This document shows, piece after piece, positions 42,515 through 50,634 of a stretch of DNA of 64,000 nucleotides. The position numbers were made by a program, and so were the translations under genes. The notes under the pieces are model-generated. The model made no database searches. It worked only from the letters and a program-made list of their open reading frames with translations, and was not told the DNA's origin. The stretch is from Gammaproteobacteria bacterium (lineage in GTDB: Bacteria; Pseudomonadota; Gammaproteobacteria; Eutrophobiales; Eutrophobiaceae), in contig JAJDUB010000076.1 in assembly GCA_022826885.1 (NCBI GenBank), positions 13,431-77,430 of the forward strand, read 5' to 3'. Position 1 is the stretch's first letter. Each line of letters opens with the position of its first letter.

Positions 42515-42616
42515 CGGGTTGAGGAACTGTTTTCCGGACACGCTGTGAATACGTCCTTGTACGCTTGGTCATCCGCCGTCCTGGCGGATGACAGTCCGGA
42601 AAACAGTTCCTCAACC
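42515..42616. promoter_or_regulatory. 24-bp perfect inverted repeat with nested inner hairpin between cyclase gene and iorAB start
   Basis: gggttgaggaactgttttccggac (42515-42538) pairs with gtccggaaaacagttcctcaaccc (42593-42616). The loop contains tcatccgccgtcctggcggatga. It sits 12 nt upstream of the chosen iorAB ATG and 31 nt downstream of the cyclase stop. Confidence 0.55.
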
Positions 42617-42647
42617 CTTTTGAGTATGGGGGACATGGTATATTCCG

Positions 42648-43385
42648 TCATTCGGTAATGGCGAAGACTCTGGCGGGGGAGCCGTCCATGCCGTCCAGGG
42701 GCAGGGGGATGCCGTACAGGGTGAACTCGCTGCCGTTGAGCTTGCCGATATTGGTGAGCAACTGGATGATGATGGTTTTGTTCCCCAGCAGGGTCTTGTG
42801 GTTGCGCCCGGGCGGCTGGTCCGCCTCGATGCCGAGCCAGAACGGCGCTTCGGGGAAGCAGTCCAGGGCCACCGCCTTGCAGCCTTTTTCCACGATATAT
42901 TCCGCCGCCGTGGTGTCCAGGAATATGGATTCGCCCCAGAATTCATCCGTGCCCCAGGCCCGTTCCGTCCAGCCGGTGTACAGGACGGGGATTACGCCGG
43001 CGTTGAGCTGAACGCCGGTCCTGATGAGTTCATCGGCGGTAATACGCTCCCGTCCCTGCAGGTGGGTCAGGGGCACTACTACACCTCTGCCGATGGTGTG
43101 TTCCAGGGGGATCTGTTCCACCGTCCAGCCGCCGGACTCGAGGAAATGGCAGGGTGCATCGATATGGGTGCCGATATGGGTGAGGATCTCCAGCCGGGAC
43201 AGCATGTGCGGGGTAAATTCGACGTTTTCGTCCAGCTCGATGTCGCGGCTTTCCAGGTATGCCTTCTGCACTTCCCCCATGCAGGACAACACCACGCAGC
43301 GGGTGGGATTCTCCTCATACTCGCGCAGGTCCGGGATACCCCGCATATGGCGGTTGACGGGCAGGGTCAGGTCGATGACAGCCAT
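42648..43385 (-). CDS. cyclase-family protein (kynurenine formamidase-like)
   Basis: 245 aa. HIGTHIDAPCH is the HxGTHxDxPxH metal-binding signature of KynB/cyclase. Confidence 0.75.
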   Translation of the reverse strand: MAVIDLTLPVNRHMRGIPDLREYEENPTRCVVLSCMGEVQKAYLESRDIELDENVEFTPHMLSRLEILTHIGTHIDAPCHFLESGGWTVEQIPLEHTIGRGVVVPLTHLQGRERITADELIRTGVQLNAGVIPVLYTGWTERAWGTDEFWGESIFLDTTAAEYIVEKGCKAVALDCFPEAPFWLGIEADQPPGRNHKTLLGNKTIIIQLLTNIGKLNGSEFTLYGIPLPLDGMDGSPARVFAITE

Positions 43386-43466
43386 TGGCTTCTCCTGTTG
43401 GGTCTCTCTTAAGATTATATATTAATGCAATGCCGCCAATCAGCATAAGTTGACTTGCTGTAAAAC

Positions 43467-44099
43467 TCAGACAGGTAACGTCAGCGATCTGAGATAGCGC
43501 CAGGTCCCGTTGCCGGTGGGCCGGTTCTGCAGAGCCAGCAGGTCGTCGGGACGGTCGATGTCACGGGCCAGGCCTGGCGGTTTTGCGACCCTGACCGGGA
43601 CCTGCCGTTTTTCCGCTTCCTTGCAGAATCCGGCAAAGCTGTTCTCGCCGTACATCAGGCTTATGGCCAGCGGTGGAGTAAATACCAGACCATTGGTACC
43701 GCCATCATTCTCAGCGGGGCACAAGGTGACGCCTTCCGTATGAACCTGGTCCAGGCTGCTCAAATCCGCATGATCGAGCTCCGGTACGTCCGCCGGGATG
43801 ACGAGCGCCTTGTTAGCATCTTTGCCGCTGATATATTCGACGCCTTTGAGGACGTCCTCGGCATACCCGGCGTCGGCGCCGGTGTCCAGCACTCCGGTTC
43901 CCTGACCGAGCGCCGTCTGGATGACGTCCGTATCGCAACTGATCACCGTAATGCCGCTGACCACGGAGGCACTGTCCAGGGCATTGAGTATGTCTTCCAG
44001 CATGCACAGGCTTAGTTGCCGGCGCTGCGCCGGCGTCAATATGCCGGCCAGCCGCAACTTGGAATGCTCCAGCCGCTTTACCGGGAGTAGCGCCCACAT
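43467..44099 (-). CDS. cofC: MobA-like NTP-transferase, 2-phospho-L-lactate guanylyltransferase CofC-like (F420 biosynthesis)
   Basis: 210 aa. The N-terminal MWALLPVKRLEHSKLRL matches the CofC/FbiD PxKxxxxAKxRL pattern. It lies next to an F420 reductase gene. MobA remains the alternative. Confidence 0.55.
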   Translation of the reverse strand: MWALLPVKRLEHSKLRLAGILTPAQRRQLSLCMLEDILNALDSASVVSGITVISCDTDVIQTALGQGTGVLDTGADAGYAEDVLKGVEYISGKDANKALVIPADVPELDHADLSSLDQVHTEGVTLCPAENDGGTNGLVFTPPLAISLMYGENSFAGFCKEAEKRQVPVRVAKPPGLARDIDRPDDLLALQNRPTGNGTWRYLRSLTLPV

Positions 44100-44107
44100 G
44101 AGAACCT

Positions 44108-44240
44108 ATCCGCAGATGACGCAGATGAGCGCAGATGGAACGAAATATTTTGAAGGTATTACTTTAGATATATTATATATCTTTTTGTTTTTTTTAATAA
44201 ACATTATTTTTATCTGCGGTAATCTGCGTCATCTGCGGAT
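44108..44240. repeat. 19-bp perfect inverted repeat (atccgcagatgacgcagat / atctgcgtcatctgcggat) flanking a ~95-bp AT-rich core
   Basis: Arms are 44108-44126 and 44222-44240. The left flank also repeats gcagatg three times. It is intergenic between npdG (stop 44270) and cofC (start 44099). Confidence 0.7.
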
Positions 44241-44269
44241 AATTCCAGGCTTCAACTGTGAATATCCTT

Positions 44270-44944
44270 CTACGACGATAAGGTTGTCTTTTCAATTCCG
44301 GTGATGCGGATACCGGAATGGCTGGTCTTGTAGGTCCTGTTTATATGGATGAGGAGACTGGTCAATGCCTCGGCAGCCGCGGCGTTGGCCAGTTTACCGG
44401 CGTTGATGGCGCGGCAACCGCTGTCTTCAACCAGTTGCATGACTTCCTTGCGGGTTTCCGGGTCGTCCCCGGTTACCAGGATGTCGCAATCTATCCCGAC
44501 GTCCCGTTCCAGCAGGTTGGCGGCCACGTTGTGGTACGCGGCTGTCACCCGCGCCCGGTCGCCTACTGTCTCGCGAGTGATGACCGCGGCGCTACCCTGT
44601 TCAGGCAACTGGACTACGGCTACTTTCGGCGGCATAAGGGGTACCGTGGTGTCTATCAGGACCTGTCCGGACAGACCCGGCATGATGCTCTCCAGGGTCG
44701 CTGCATGAGCGGCGAAAGGAACAGTCAGCACCACAACTTCCGCCTGTCTTGTCGCAGAAAGGTTGTCTGCGCCCTTAATTGATCCGGCGCCAGGCTTTTT
44801 GTTGAGCTCAGCCGCCGCGTTCTGCGCTTTTTCAGCAACCCGGGAGCCGACGATCACCTCGTGACCGGCCCTGGCCCAGCGCCAGGCCAGACCATATCCC
44901 AGATTTCCTGTGCCGCCCAGGATGGCTATTTTTTTCCTGCTCAT
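44270..44944 (-). CDS. npdG: NADPH-dependent F420 reductase (Fno/Npd)
   Basis: 224 aa. KIAILGGTGNLGYGLAWRWARAGHEVIVGSRVAEKA and LVTGDDPETRK...AINAGKLANAAAAEALTSLLIHI align along the full length with Archaeoglobus Fno as recalled. Confidence 0.8.
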   Translation of the reverse strand: MSRKKIAILGGTGNLGYGLAWRWARAGHEVIVGSRVAEKAQNAAAELNKKPGAGSIKGADNLSATRQAEVVVLTVPFAAHAATLESIMPGLSGQVLIDTTVPLMPPKVAVVQLPEQGSAAVITRETVGDRARVTAAYHNVAANLLERDVGIDCDILVTGDDPETRKEVMQLVEDSGCRAINAGKLANAAAAEALTSLLIHINRTYKTSHSGIRITGIEKTTLSS

Positions 44945-45005
44945 GTCCTGGGGACAGATTTAAGTCCGTCCCCTTTCTCCTGTTATAATATGAAACGTAG
45001 CACAG

Positions 45006-45079
45006 ATGGGGGCTCGTCTAACGGCAGGACAGCGGACTCTGACTCCGCCAGTAGAGGTTCGAATCCTCTGCCCCCAGCC
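45006..45079 (+). tRNA. tRNA-Gln (anticodon CUG)
   Basis: TGGGGGCTCGTCTAACGGCAGGACAGCGGACTCTGACTCCGCCAGTAGAGGTTCGAATCCTCTGCCCCCAGCCA. The acceptor stem is TGGGGGC/GCCCCCA. The anticodon loop CTCTGAC gives anticodon CTG. The T-arm is AGAGGTTCGAATCCTCT. CCA is encoded. It is similar to E. coli tRNA-Gln. Confidence 0.9.
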
Positions 45080-45123
45080 ATTTCAAAAAGATAGCACGAA
45101 ACGGGCGCGCGGCAAAATCCCGG

Positions 45124-45306
45124 ATGCAGCGAGTCCGCATGAACGGCAAGCCGCGCCAGTATTTAAAGGCCCCGCCCTATCACGAAGTCAGCACGACCCT
45201 GGAAGCGGTAGATCAATCCAGTTCCAGCCTTGTGACAAAACTGGTCTTTCATTTTATGGTATTGACGGCGGCGCGTTCAGGTGAGGTAGAACCACGTTTA
45301 AAGTGA
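45124..45306 (+). pseudogene. tyrosine integrase remnant (internal fragment)
   Basis: The 60-aa ORF ...RQYLKAPPYHEVSTTLEAVDQSSSSLVTKLVFHFMVLTAARSGEV resembles the pre-catalytic segment of P4-type integrases (...LLTGxRxSEl...). The N-terminal ~200 aa and the catalytic C-terminus are absent. Confidence 0.55.
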
Positions 45307-46545
45307 GCGACGTGTTGTTCGACTATGTTGACTAGTTTGAATCACTCTTCTAATTGGCGGCATTGAAATTGTACCGGTTGAGCTGATTTCGACCGGATAT
45401 CTTTCAATATACGACTGTTCTGTAATATCAACGGAATGTATCTTTGACAAGGTATAAGCCTTGACGTGACCTGCTTCTCGTTCATAGCCATAAAACAAAC
45501 GGCTCCCAGCACTAGACGTTCGAAATGATAAGGGTTCAATAGTGCGATACTTATTATTATATTGCACATAGACACATAAACGATTAGCTGAAGCAAACTG
45601 GATATTCTGCAAAATTCTGTCAACGGTGAAGGCACTAGTTACACGCCCAGGTTGAAATAATGTCTCACCGGCTCTGGCATAATTACTCGTGGTTGGCGAT
45701 ACATCTAACCGGTTTGTTAACCATTCAAAAAATAGTGGCAAGTCATCCCAAAAGGCCTGCATCGGCGGTAAATGGGCTAATTGATGAGCCAACATATTTT
45801 CCCATTGAGTTTCTAACTCGTCAATTTTTTCGTGTGCCACAATTTGCTGAAATGTTGGGACTTCAATGGCTTTATAGTCACATTTTTTTTGTAGCACTTC
45901 ATATACTAATATTGAGTCTTGAATCATGTCACGGTTACGGAAAAAATGGACTACATCATATAGATCACGCGGTCGTGCACGTTCGCTGAGAGCGCGTATC
46001 TTTTCTGCAACCACCTCTTCAAAGGCATAACAATTTACGTAAATACCATCATCGGGTTTATCAGTATAGGGATGATGGACACCTTTACGGACTGGACTTA
46101 GTACTAATATTTCATCGGTAGTTAAATCCAACTTAATTGATGCAACTCCCAGTGTTCTTCGCAATGGACCGTTATAATGAATTTTCGCCTGTACAGATAC
46201 TTGACCGTTATCTTTAGGAATAATCTTGAAATTGAATCTGTCCGGAAAAAATACTATTCCGACTTCATCATAGAGAAACTTAGTGATTTCATCGAATGCT
46301 GATTGTAAAAATTCTTGCGTTAATTGGCTTGGATCTGTGACAGTAAAATCTAAATCTTCTGAAAACCGATAGGTTTCAAAAAAACACTTTTTCAGGCTTG
46401 TTCCACCTTTAAACACCCATGACGATATTCTTTCATGGTGGTATATCCCATATAAAATCCAACCTAGGACATAATCTTTCTCCACTGTGTCTGGGCGCAG
46501 ACCCAGCGCGTTTGCTAGTCTCAGGACTTCATTTTTTTCTATCAT
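45298..46545 (-). CDS. abiEii: AbiEii/AbiGii-family nucleotidyltransferase toxin (DUF1814)
   Basis: 415 aa. FKGGTSLKKCFFETYRFSEDLDF is the characteristic GTP-transferase motif region. It overlaps the upstream AbiEi-like gene by 17 nt. Confidence 0.7.
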   Translation of the reverse strand: MIEKNEVLRLANALGLRPDTVEKDYVLGWILYGIYHHERISSWVFKGGTSLKKCFFETYRFSEDLDFTVTDPSQLTQEFLQSAFDEITKFLYDEVGIVFFPDRFNFKIIPKDNGQVSVQAKIHYNGPLRRTLGVASIKLDLTTDEILVLSPVRKGVHHPYTDKPDDGIYVNCYAFEEVVAEKIRALSERARPRDLYDVVHFFRNRDMIQDSILVYEVLQKKCDYKAIEVPTFQQIVAHEKIDELETQWENMLAHQLAHLPPMQAFWDDLPLFFEWLTNRLDVSPTTSNYARAGETLFQPGRVTSAFTVDRILQNIQFASANRLCVYVQYNNKYRTIEPLSFRTSSAGSRLFYGYEREAGHVKAYTLSKIHSVDITEQSYIERYPVEISSTGTISMPPIRRVIQTSQHSRTTRRSL

Positions 46546-47392
46546 ATTCGTCTTTCCAAGACGCTGATGTTTTTAACCGCCATTTTGCAATGCTATGATG
46601 TGACTGGATTGTGGGATCAAGATAGGAGTAACTTTCAGAGACGTTTGTCAGTAATTGTTCTGATAATTTTTTGTCAAGCGAAAATCTGGTTTCAAGTAAA
46701 AAACCGAAGCGTTTGAAAATAGTTTTATTGTTCATTTTCCTTGCATATGTGATTAATTTATCTGGTTCATAATGCGCTGATTCCATGTATTCTGCGAGTA
46801 CATCACAAACGATGGATATCCCACCCACGATCTTGGGATCATCCAGAATATCAACCAGAGTTTTTGTTGGATCACTTATCATGACTTTTTTGGATCTAAA
46901 CCAAAGTGGTTTTAATCCGAATAATTTATATGCTTTGATGGTTTTTAGTTGGTACTTCACACCACCGTGGAAAGGATATCTATTTTTAATTTTGCGTGTC
47001 GTAAAGTAGGTCGTTGTTTCAAAAATTTGTTCAGAGAAGTCCCAATGTTTGACCGCGCTAAAACCCGCGATGTAACCAGGCGCATACAACTCATTGGCGA
47101 TCAGTAAAGGTTCCTCTGCAACTACAGCACTGCTAGTCGCCTCTAATGGCACTGGTACGTAGGCACCACGCGTCAGTCTTTTCAACCAGCCATTTTTACA
47201 CCAACGAGATAGTAGTCTGCCAGCTTCTTGATGGTGCACATTCAATGTCTCTGCAACCCGATCCACTGTAATTACGGCAAAATTATGCTCTAAAACCATA
47301 CTGAGTTTGTTTCGATAGGATTTTCCAATCCCTGCTAGTGACACCATGATATATATTTCTCCGCTATAGCCTGATATTGGCAATAATAGCAT
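46529..47392 (-). CDS. abiEi: AbiEi-family antitoxin / transcriptional regulator (type IV TA)
   Basis: 287 aa. The N-terminal wHTH-like VITVDRVAETLNVHHQEAGRLLSRWCKNGWLKRLTRGAYV fits AbiEi. Its position and overlap with AbiEii support the call. The start may be M16. Confidence 0.6.
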   Translation of the reverse strand: MLLLPISGYSGEIYIMVSLAGIGKSYRNKLSMVLEHNFAVITVDRVAETLNVHHQEAGRLLSRWCKNGWLKRLTRGAYVPVPLEATSSAVVAEEPLLIANELYAPGYIAGFSAVKHWDFSEQIFETTTYFTTRKIKNRYPFHGGVKYQLKTIKAYKLFGLKPLWFRSKKVMISDPTKTLVDILDDPKIVGGISIVCDVLAEYMESAHYEPDKLITYARKMNNKTIFKRFGFLLETRFSLDKKLSEQLLTNVSESYSYLDPTIQSHHSIAKWRLKTSASWKDEYDRKK

Positions 47393-47516
47393 AAAAAATA
47401 TAATTCGGATGAGGACGTCGGTATTTAGCTAAAGATTAATAACGACAAGGAAATAGTCGCTACATCCTGAAGGTCATCAAAATTCGTCTTAGGAGAAATA
47501 TTTGATTTCGTAGCAA

Positions 47517-48041
47517 CTATAAATATTCTTCAGATTTAACATCTTGCTGATTTTCTGATTTTTCCTTTCTTATGATTTCTGCCCCCAACTGCATCATTTT
47601 TATTGCATGCGTAGAACCCAATAAACTAAAACGTACAACTTTGAATGTACCCTCCTCCATTGCGACTGCAAAACCAATAGTACTGGCCGTCAATACAATA
47701 TTATCTACATCGTCAAATGGTTTAATAAAAAATACATTCTCGCCTTGGTACTTATCGCCACAAATCAACCTTACATCCACGGCGCCAGTGTTGGAATTCA
47801 GTATTGATGGGTACTCAGCACCAGACTCACATAAAATGCCTAGACTGACGAGATAAACACACGACCCATCAGCATAATAACAGTATTGGCCTAAAATTCT
47901 TCCATCAGAATTGACAGTAGCTGCATATGCATAATCGCTATAGGACAAATCCCAATGCCAATCTTTGCTTATTTGTGCTTGAGAAAAAGATATAGGTGAA
48001 AATATTAAACTCCACAGCCCTAATAATATTGAGTTTCTCAT
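47517..48041 (-). CDS. secreted Cys-containing protein of unknown function (islet cargo)
   Basis: 174 aa. Signal peptide MRNSILLGLWSLIFSPISFSQA. Six Cys residues. No recognisable motif. Confidence 0.5.
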   Translation of the reverse strand: MRNSILLGLWSLIFSPISFSQAQISKDWHWDLSYSDYAYAATVNSDGRILGQYCYYADGSCVYLVSLGILCESGAEYPSILNSNTGAVDVRLICGDKYQGENVFFIKPFDDVDNIVLTASTIGFAVAMEEGTFKVVRFSLLGSTHAIKMMQLGAEIIRKEKSENQQDVKSEEYL

Positions 48042-48187
48042 TTATACAGGCTCCCCATCTACATGAGTAAAACCCAATAATATATGCGATTTAAATTAAA
48101 AACAAAGGCGGTTGGCGGAATGCTATTCCTAGATTGACCCACTCTATTAACAGCCTGCCCTAGTTTCCCGTTGCCGGCAGACAAATT

Positions 48188-48574
48188 TTAGGGGCCAGAT
48201 AAAAAGTGAACAAGGATTGCTATGATTGATGCACACATTCCTAAAAAGAATAGTGCGAGAGAAATAATACTAGCTCTTACAGAACGGTCAGCATGAAGGC
48301 GGGAAAGATCTTTAACATCTGCAAGGCTGAAGGTACCTGCCAAGTAATTCTCCAGCGCGGATTTTGCCCCAGATAATACACCCAGAGAAAAGGCAGCAAG
48401 TCCAATAGATAAGAAGATTATTGTAAGTGGCGCAATATTACCCGGAGACCAAACATTACCAATAAAAGCTAATATTGCAACCGAAGCGCCTCCATTTATC
48501 AGCACAGTAAATTTCTGTACAAGTTGTCCTGCCTCAATAACTTTGTAAGCTTTTGTTGTTTCAGGATTGCTCAT
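48188..48574 (-). CDS. small integral membrane protein (3-4 TM) of unknown function (islet cargo)
   Basis: 128 aa with hydrophobic helices (FTVLINGGASVAILAFIGNVW; LTIIFLSIGLAAFSLGVL; IISLALFFLGMCASIIAILV). Confidence 0.5.
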   Translation of the reverse strand: MSNPETTKAYKVIEAGQLVQKFTVLINGGASVAILAFIGNVWSPGNIAPLTIIFLSIGLAAFSLGVLSGAKSALENYLAGTFSLADVKDLSRLHADRSVRASIISLALFFLGMCASIIAILVHFLSGP

Positions 48575-48625
48575 TACTGAGAAGAGATGTGCTGGAAGCA
48601 GGGATGGGTATCAAAACAACAAAAA

Positions 48626-48659
48626 AGTCACAACTAAAGTCACAACTAAAGTCACAACA
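48626..48659. repeat. 12-bp tandem repeat (agtcacaactaa x ~2.8)
   Basis: agtcacaactaaagtcacaactaaagtcacaaca lies 50 nt upstream of the membrane-protein gene start and may be iterons or an operator. Confidence 0.7.
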
Positions 48660-49085
48660 AATTTGCCGAATCTTATAATCAATTAACTATTTCAGTGACT
48701 TACCGACGCAGAAAGGTTTCCTCTGACTCCGCCAGTAGAGGTTCGAATCCTCTGCCCCCAGCCATTCCAAATTATTTCATAATGTTGCATATATTACGGA
48801 GAGAGGGTTGTCCTGGATTTTCTACAAGCTGCGGTTGGCACAATTATAACAAGAAACCGTTACTTGTTTAATTCTGAACCGCCCCGGATTTGCCGGGGTA
48901 CCTGGTTCAGTGGTTGATGGGCCAGGCCGTATCTTGCGTTGTATGCTATAAAAATACGCACGATCGTAGAAATTCTCTCATTATAATCATCTCTATCCAA
49001 TAATTATCATGTACGTGTAATATATATTGTAAATTCAATTCATCTGTGAAAAAATTGCATGTACGTATAAATTACAGGGTTTGAT

Positions 49086-49361
49086 ATGGCAGAAATATTT
49101 CCTGAACTCCAGCAGGTCCGAACTCCTGCCGAACTTGGGCAGGCGGCCCGCCGGCATAGAAAATCCCGCCACTTGACACAGGTCAGGGTGGCTGGTTTAA
49201 CCAACATCAGCATAGGATTTCTTTCCGACTTTGAAAACGGCAAACCCACGGCAGAAATCGGCAAGGTCCTGGGCACCCTGAATACAATGGGTCTGGACGT
49301 GTATATAGCGCCACGGGGCGTCCTGCGCCAGGCATCGAATACGCCAGATGACCGATCCTGA
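49086..49361 (+). CDS. hipB: HipB-like XRE-family HTH antitoxin
   Basis: 91 aa. HTH LTQVRVAGLTNISIGFLSDFENGK. It overlaps the hipA start by 14 nt. Upstream are direct repeats atgtacgtgtaa / atgtacgtataa (49011-49022 and 49060-49071). Confidence 0.7.
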   Translation: MAEIFPELQQVRTPAELGQAARRHRKSRHLTQVRVAGLTNISIGFLSDFENGKPTAEIGKVLGTLNTMGLDVYIAPRGVLRQASNTPDDRS

Positions 49362-50634
49362 CACTCTCCACGTATGGCATGAAGATCGGCTGGTCGGTTT
49401 CCTCCGGCGCAACGCAACAAACCAGATAGGTTTTCAATATTGTGACGATTGGCTGTCTGACAGTAATGGTTTCGCTATTTCCATATCATTGCCGCTGAAC
49501 GCCGACCCTTATCAGCCCGAAGACGCCCTTTCCCACCGTTTCTTTGCCAACCTGCTGCCTGAAGGGCGGGTAAGGGAACGTATTGTGCGTGACCTGAAAA
49601 TACCGGACTCGGATTTTGACCTGCTGAGGGCGATCGGAGGAGAATGCGCCGGTGCGCTGTCAATCCTGCCGGATGATCGCGAGCCGGATGCCGGGGAGGC
49701 TTATCAGGAATTGACAGGGGAGTCGTTCCGGGACCTGGTCCTCCGCAAAGGGCAAATCTATGCCGCTCCCCGTAGCGGAATGACCGCATCCCAACTCCCG
49801 CGACTTTCCCTGCCCGGCGCCCAGGAAAAATGTCCGGTCCTGCTCCGCGGCAGTCAATTCCATTTACCGCAGGGGGAGGCCCCATCAAGTCATATCCTCA
49901 AATTTGCAATGACCGACTATCGGCATGTACCTGCGTATGAGGCCGTATTGACGGACCTGGCGCGGCGTATCGGTTTACACACGGCTTCAGTCGAGTTTCA
50001 CTACCTGCACGTTAATGATCATGTACACGAGTACCTGATCATTAAACGTTACGATCGCGAGAGCACAACCGGCGGCGAGGTGCGCCGGTTGCACCAGGAA
50101 GACTTCTGTCAGGCATTGGGAGTTGGCAGAGAGCGCAAGTACGAGACGGACGGCGGCATCAGTTTCAGCGAGTGTTTCCGGTTGCTCCGAGAGGTCTCTA
50201 CAGAACCCGCTTTGGATGCTGAGCAACTGCTGCGCTGGCAGATCTTCAACTACCTTGCCGGCAATTCAGACGGCCACGGCAAGAACCTGTCACTGCTCTA
50301 CCATAAGGACGGCGCTATCCGGCTGGCCCCTTTCTACGACCTGGTCTGTACACGGGCCATCGAGCGAATTGACCCGAAACTCGCACTGGCCATCGGCGGG
50401 GAGCACATACCGGGGAACATTCAAGCAGTCCATTGGCAAAAACTGGCGGCGGCACTGGACATCAAATTCGGGTACTTGCAGACACTTGTTAGCGAAACAA
50501 CAGAGCAGGTTCGGGAAGAAATCGGCCCGGCTATTGAATCAGTCCAGCAAAAACACGGCGACTATCCCGCGCTGCAGCGTGTACAACAGGTAGTTGAACG
50601 GCAATGCAGGAAACTGGGCCTGGGCGCGTTATAG
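49348..50634 (+). CDS. hipA: HipA-family serine/threonine kinase toxin
   Basis: 428 aa. It has the HipA N-terminal domain, LPGAQEKCPV (P-loop-like motif) and the catalytic NSDGHGKNLSL. Confidence 0.85.
   Translation: MTDPDTLHVWHEDRLVGFLRRNATNQIGFQYCDDWLSDSNGFAISISLPLNADPYQPEDALSHRFFANLLPEGRVRERIVRDLKIPDSDFDLLRAIGGECAGALSILPDDREPDAGEAYQELTGESFRDLVLRKGQIYAAPRSGMTASQLPRLSLPGAQEKCPVLLRGSQFHLPQGEAPSSHILKFAMTDYRHVPAYEAVLTDLARRIGLHTASVEFHYLHVNDHVHEYLIIKRYDRESTTGGEVRRLHQEDFCQALGVGRERKYETDGGISFSECFRLLREVSTEPALDAEQLLRWQIFNYLAGNSDGHGKNLSLLYHKDGAIRLAPFYDLVCTRAIERIDPKLALAIGGEHIPGNIQAVHWQKLAAALDIKFGYLQTLVSETTEQVREEIGPAIESVQQKHGDYPALQRVQQVVERQCRKLGLGAL

Larger units (their letters stand above)
45082..48766. 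mobile_element. degraded tRNA-Gln-associated genomic islet (~3.7 kb, low GC) bounded by 46-bp direct repeat of the tRNA 3' end
   Basis: attL is tRNA positions 45036-45081 (ctctgactccgccagtagaggttcgaatcctctgcccccagccatt), repeated exactly at 48721-48766 (attR). The interior is AT-rich relative to its flanks. It carries an integrase fragment, AbiEii/AbiEi and two unknown genes. Confidence 0.8.

Noticed and set aside
42572-42614. Longer iorAB starts (M1 at 42614 or M15 at 42572) from the 1280-aa track ORF
   Set aside because: Both would initiate inside the 24-bp stem or its loop. The extra residues (MRNCFPDCHPPGRRMTKRTRTYSQRVRKTVPQPAPVSP) look like translated structure rather than protein. M39 (42500) lies just past the hairpin. 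This remains uncertain.
43921-44304. 127-aa plus-strand ORF spanning the cofC start, the IR/AT-rich element and the npdG 3' end
   Set aside because: It overlaps two well-supported minus-strand genes and the AT-rich repeat. It has no motif and implausible composition.
45006-45284. 92-aa plus-strand ORF beginning inside tRNA-Gln
   Set aside because: It overlaps a canonical tRNA and the integrase-fragment frame. It is a chance ORF.
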